From NCBI RefSeq assembly GCF_001194135.2, contig NC_068994.1, forward strand, positions 12,776,707 to 12,840,706: DNA of 64,000 bases, in the 5' to 3' direction. This stretch comes from Octopus bimaculoides. Taxonomy: Eukaryota. The position numbers and the translations under genes were made by a program. Of this stretch, positions 63,953 to 64,000 are shown one piece after another. The number at the start of each line of letters is the position of its first letter. Position 1 is the stretch's first letter. Below the pieces are notes generated by a model. It had not been told where the DNA came from and searched no databases. It worked only from the letters and a program-made list of their open reading frames with translations.

Positions 63953-64000
63953 ACATTTATGTAAATGTTTGTATATATATGTACATATATGTATGTATAT

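Overview
Eukaryotic, AT-rich, repeat-dense scaffold with many N gaps. The SINE types and microsatellite load suggest a coleoid cephalopod, probably Octopus (inference). Two intron-rich genes lie head-to-head. (1) A sideroflexin (SFXN1/3-like mitochondrial serine transporter) on the minus strand: 7 coding exons located at 10100 down to 531. Its first coding exon was not found (possibly in the gap at 12516-13500) and its last exons lie beyond the window start. (2) Dymeclin (DYM) on the plus strand: 14 coding exons from ATG 35234 to TGA 56297, with one internal exon missing, probably in a gap. All other sequence is intronic or intergenic repeat: several tRNA-derived SINE families, RTE and Tx1/L1 LINE relics, mariner/Tc1 relics, hAT and TTAA (piggyBac-like) MITEs, mini- and microsatellites. 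Highlights: a Merlin (IS1016-like) transposon relic with long TIRs; a related GGATC-ended MITE with an 8-bp TSD carrying inverted telomere-type TTAGGG/CCCTAA arrays; several minimal type I hammerhead-ribozyme-like motifs in Penelope-like repeats; and long fold-back structures in introns that could be ADAR substrates. Most ORFs in the supplied track are artefacts of simple repeats or gaps.
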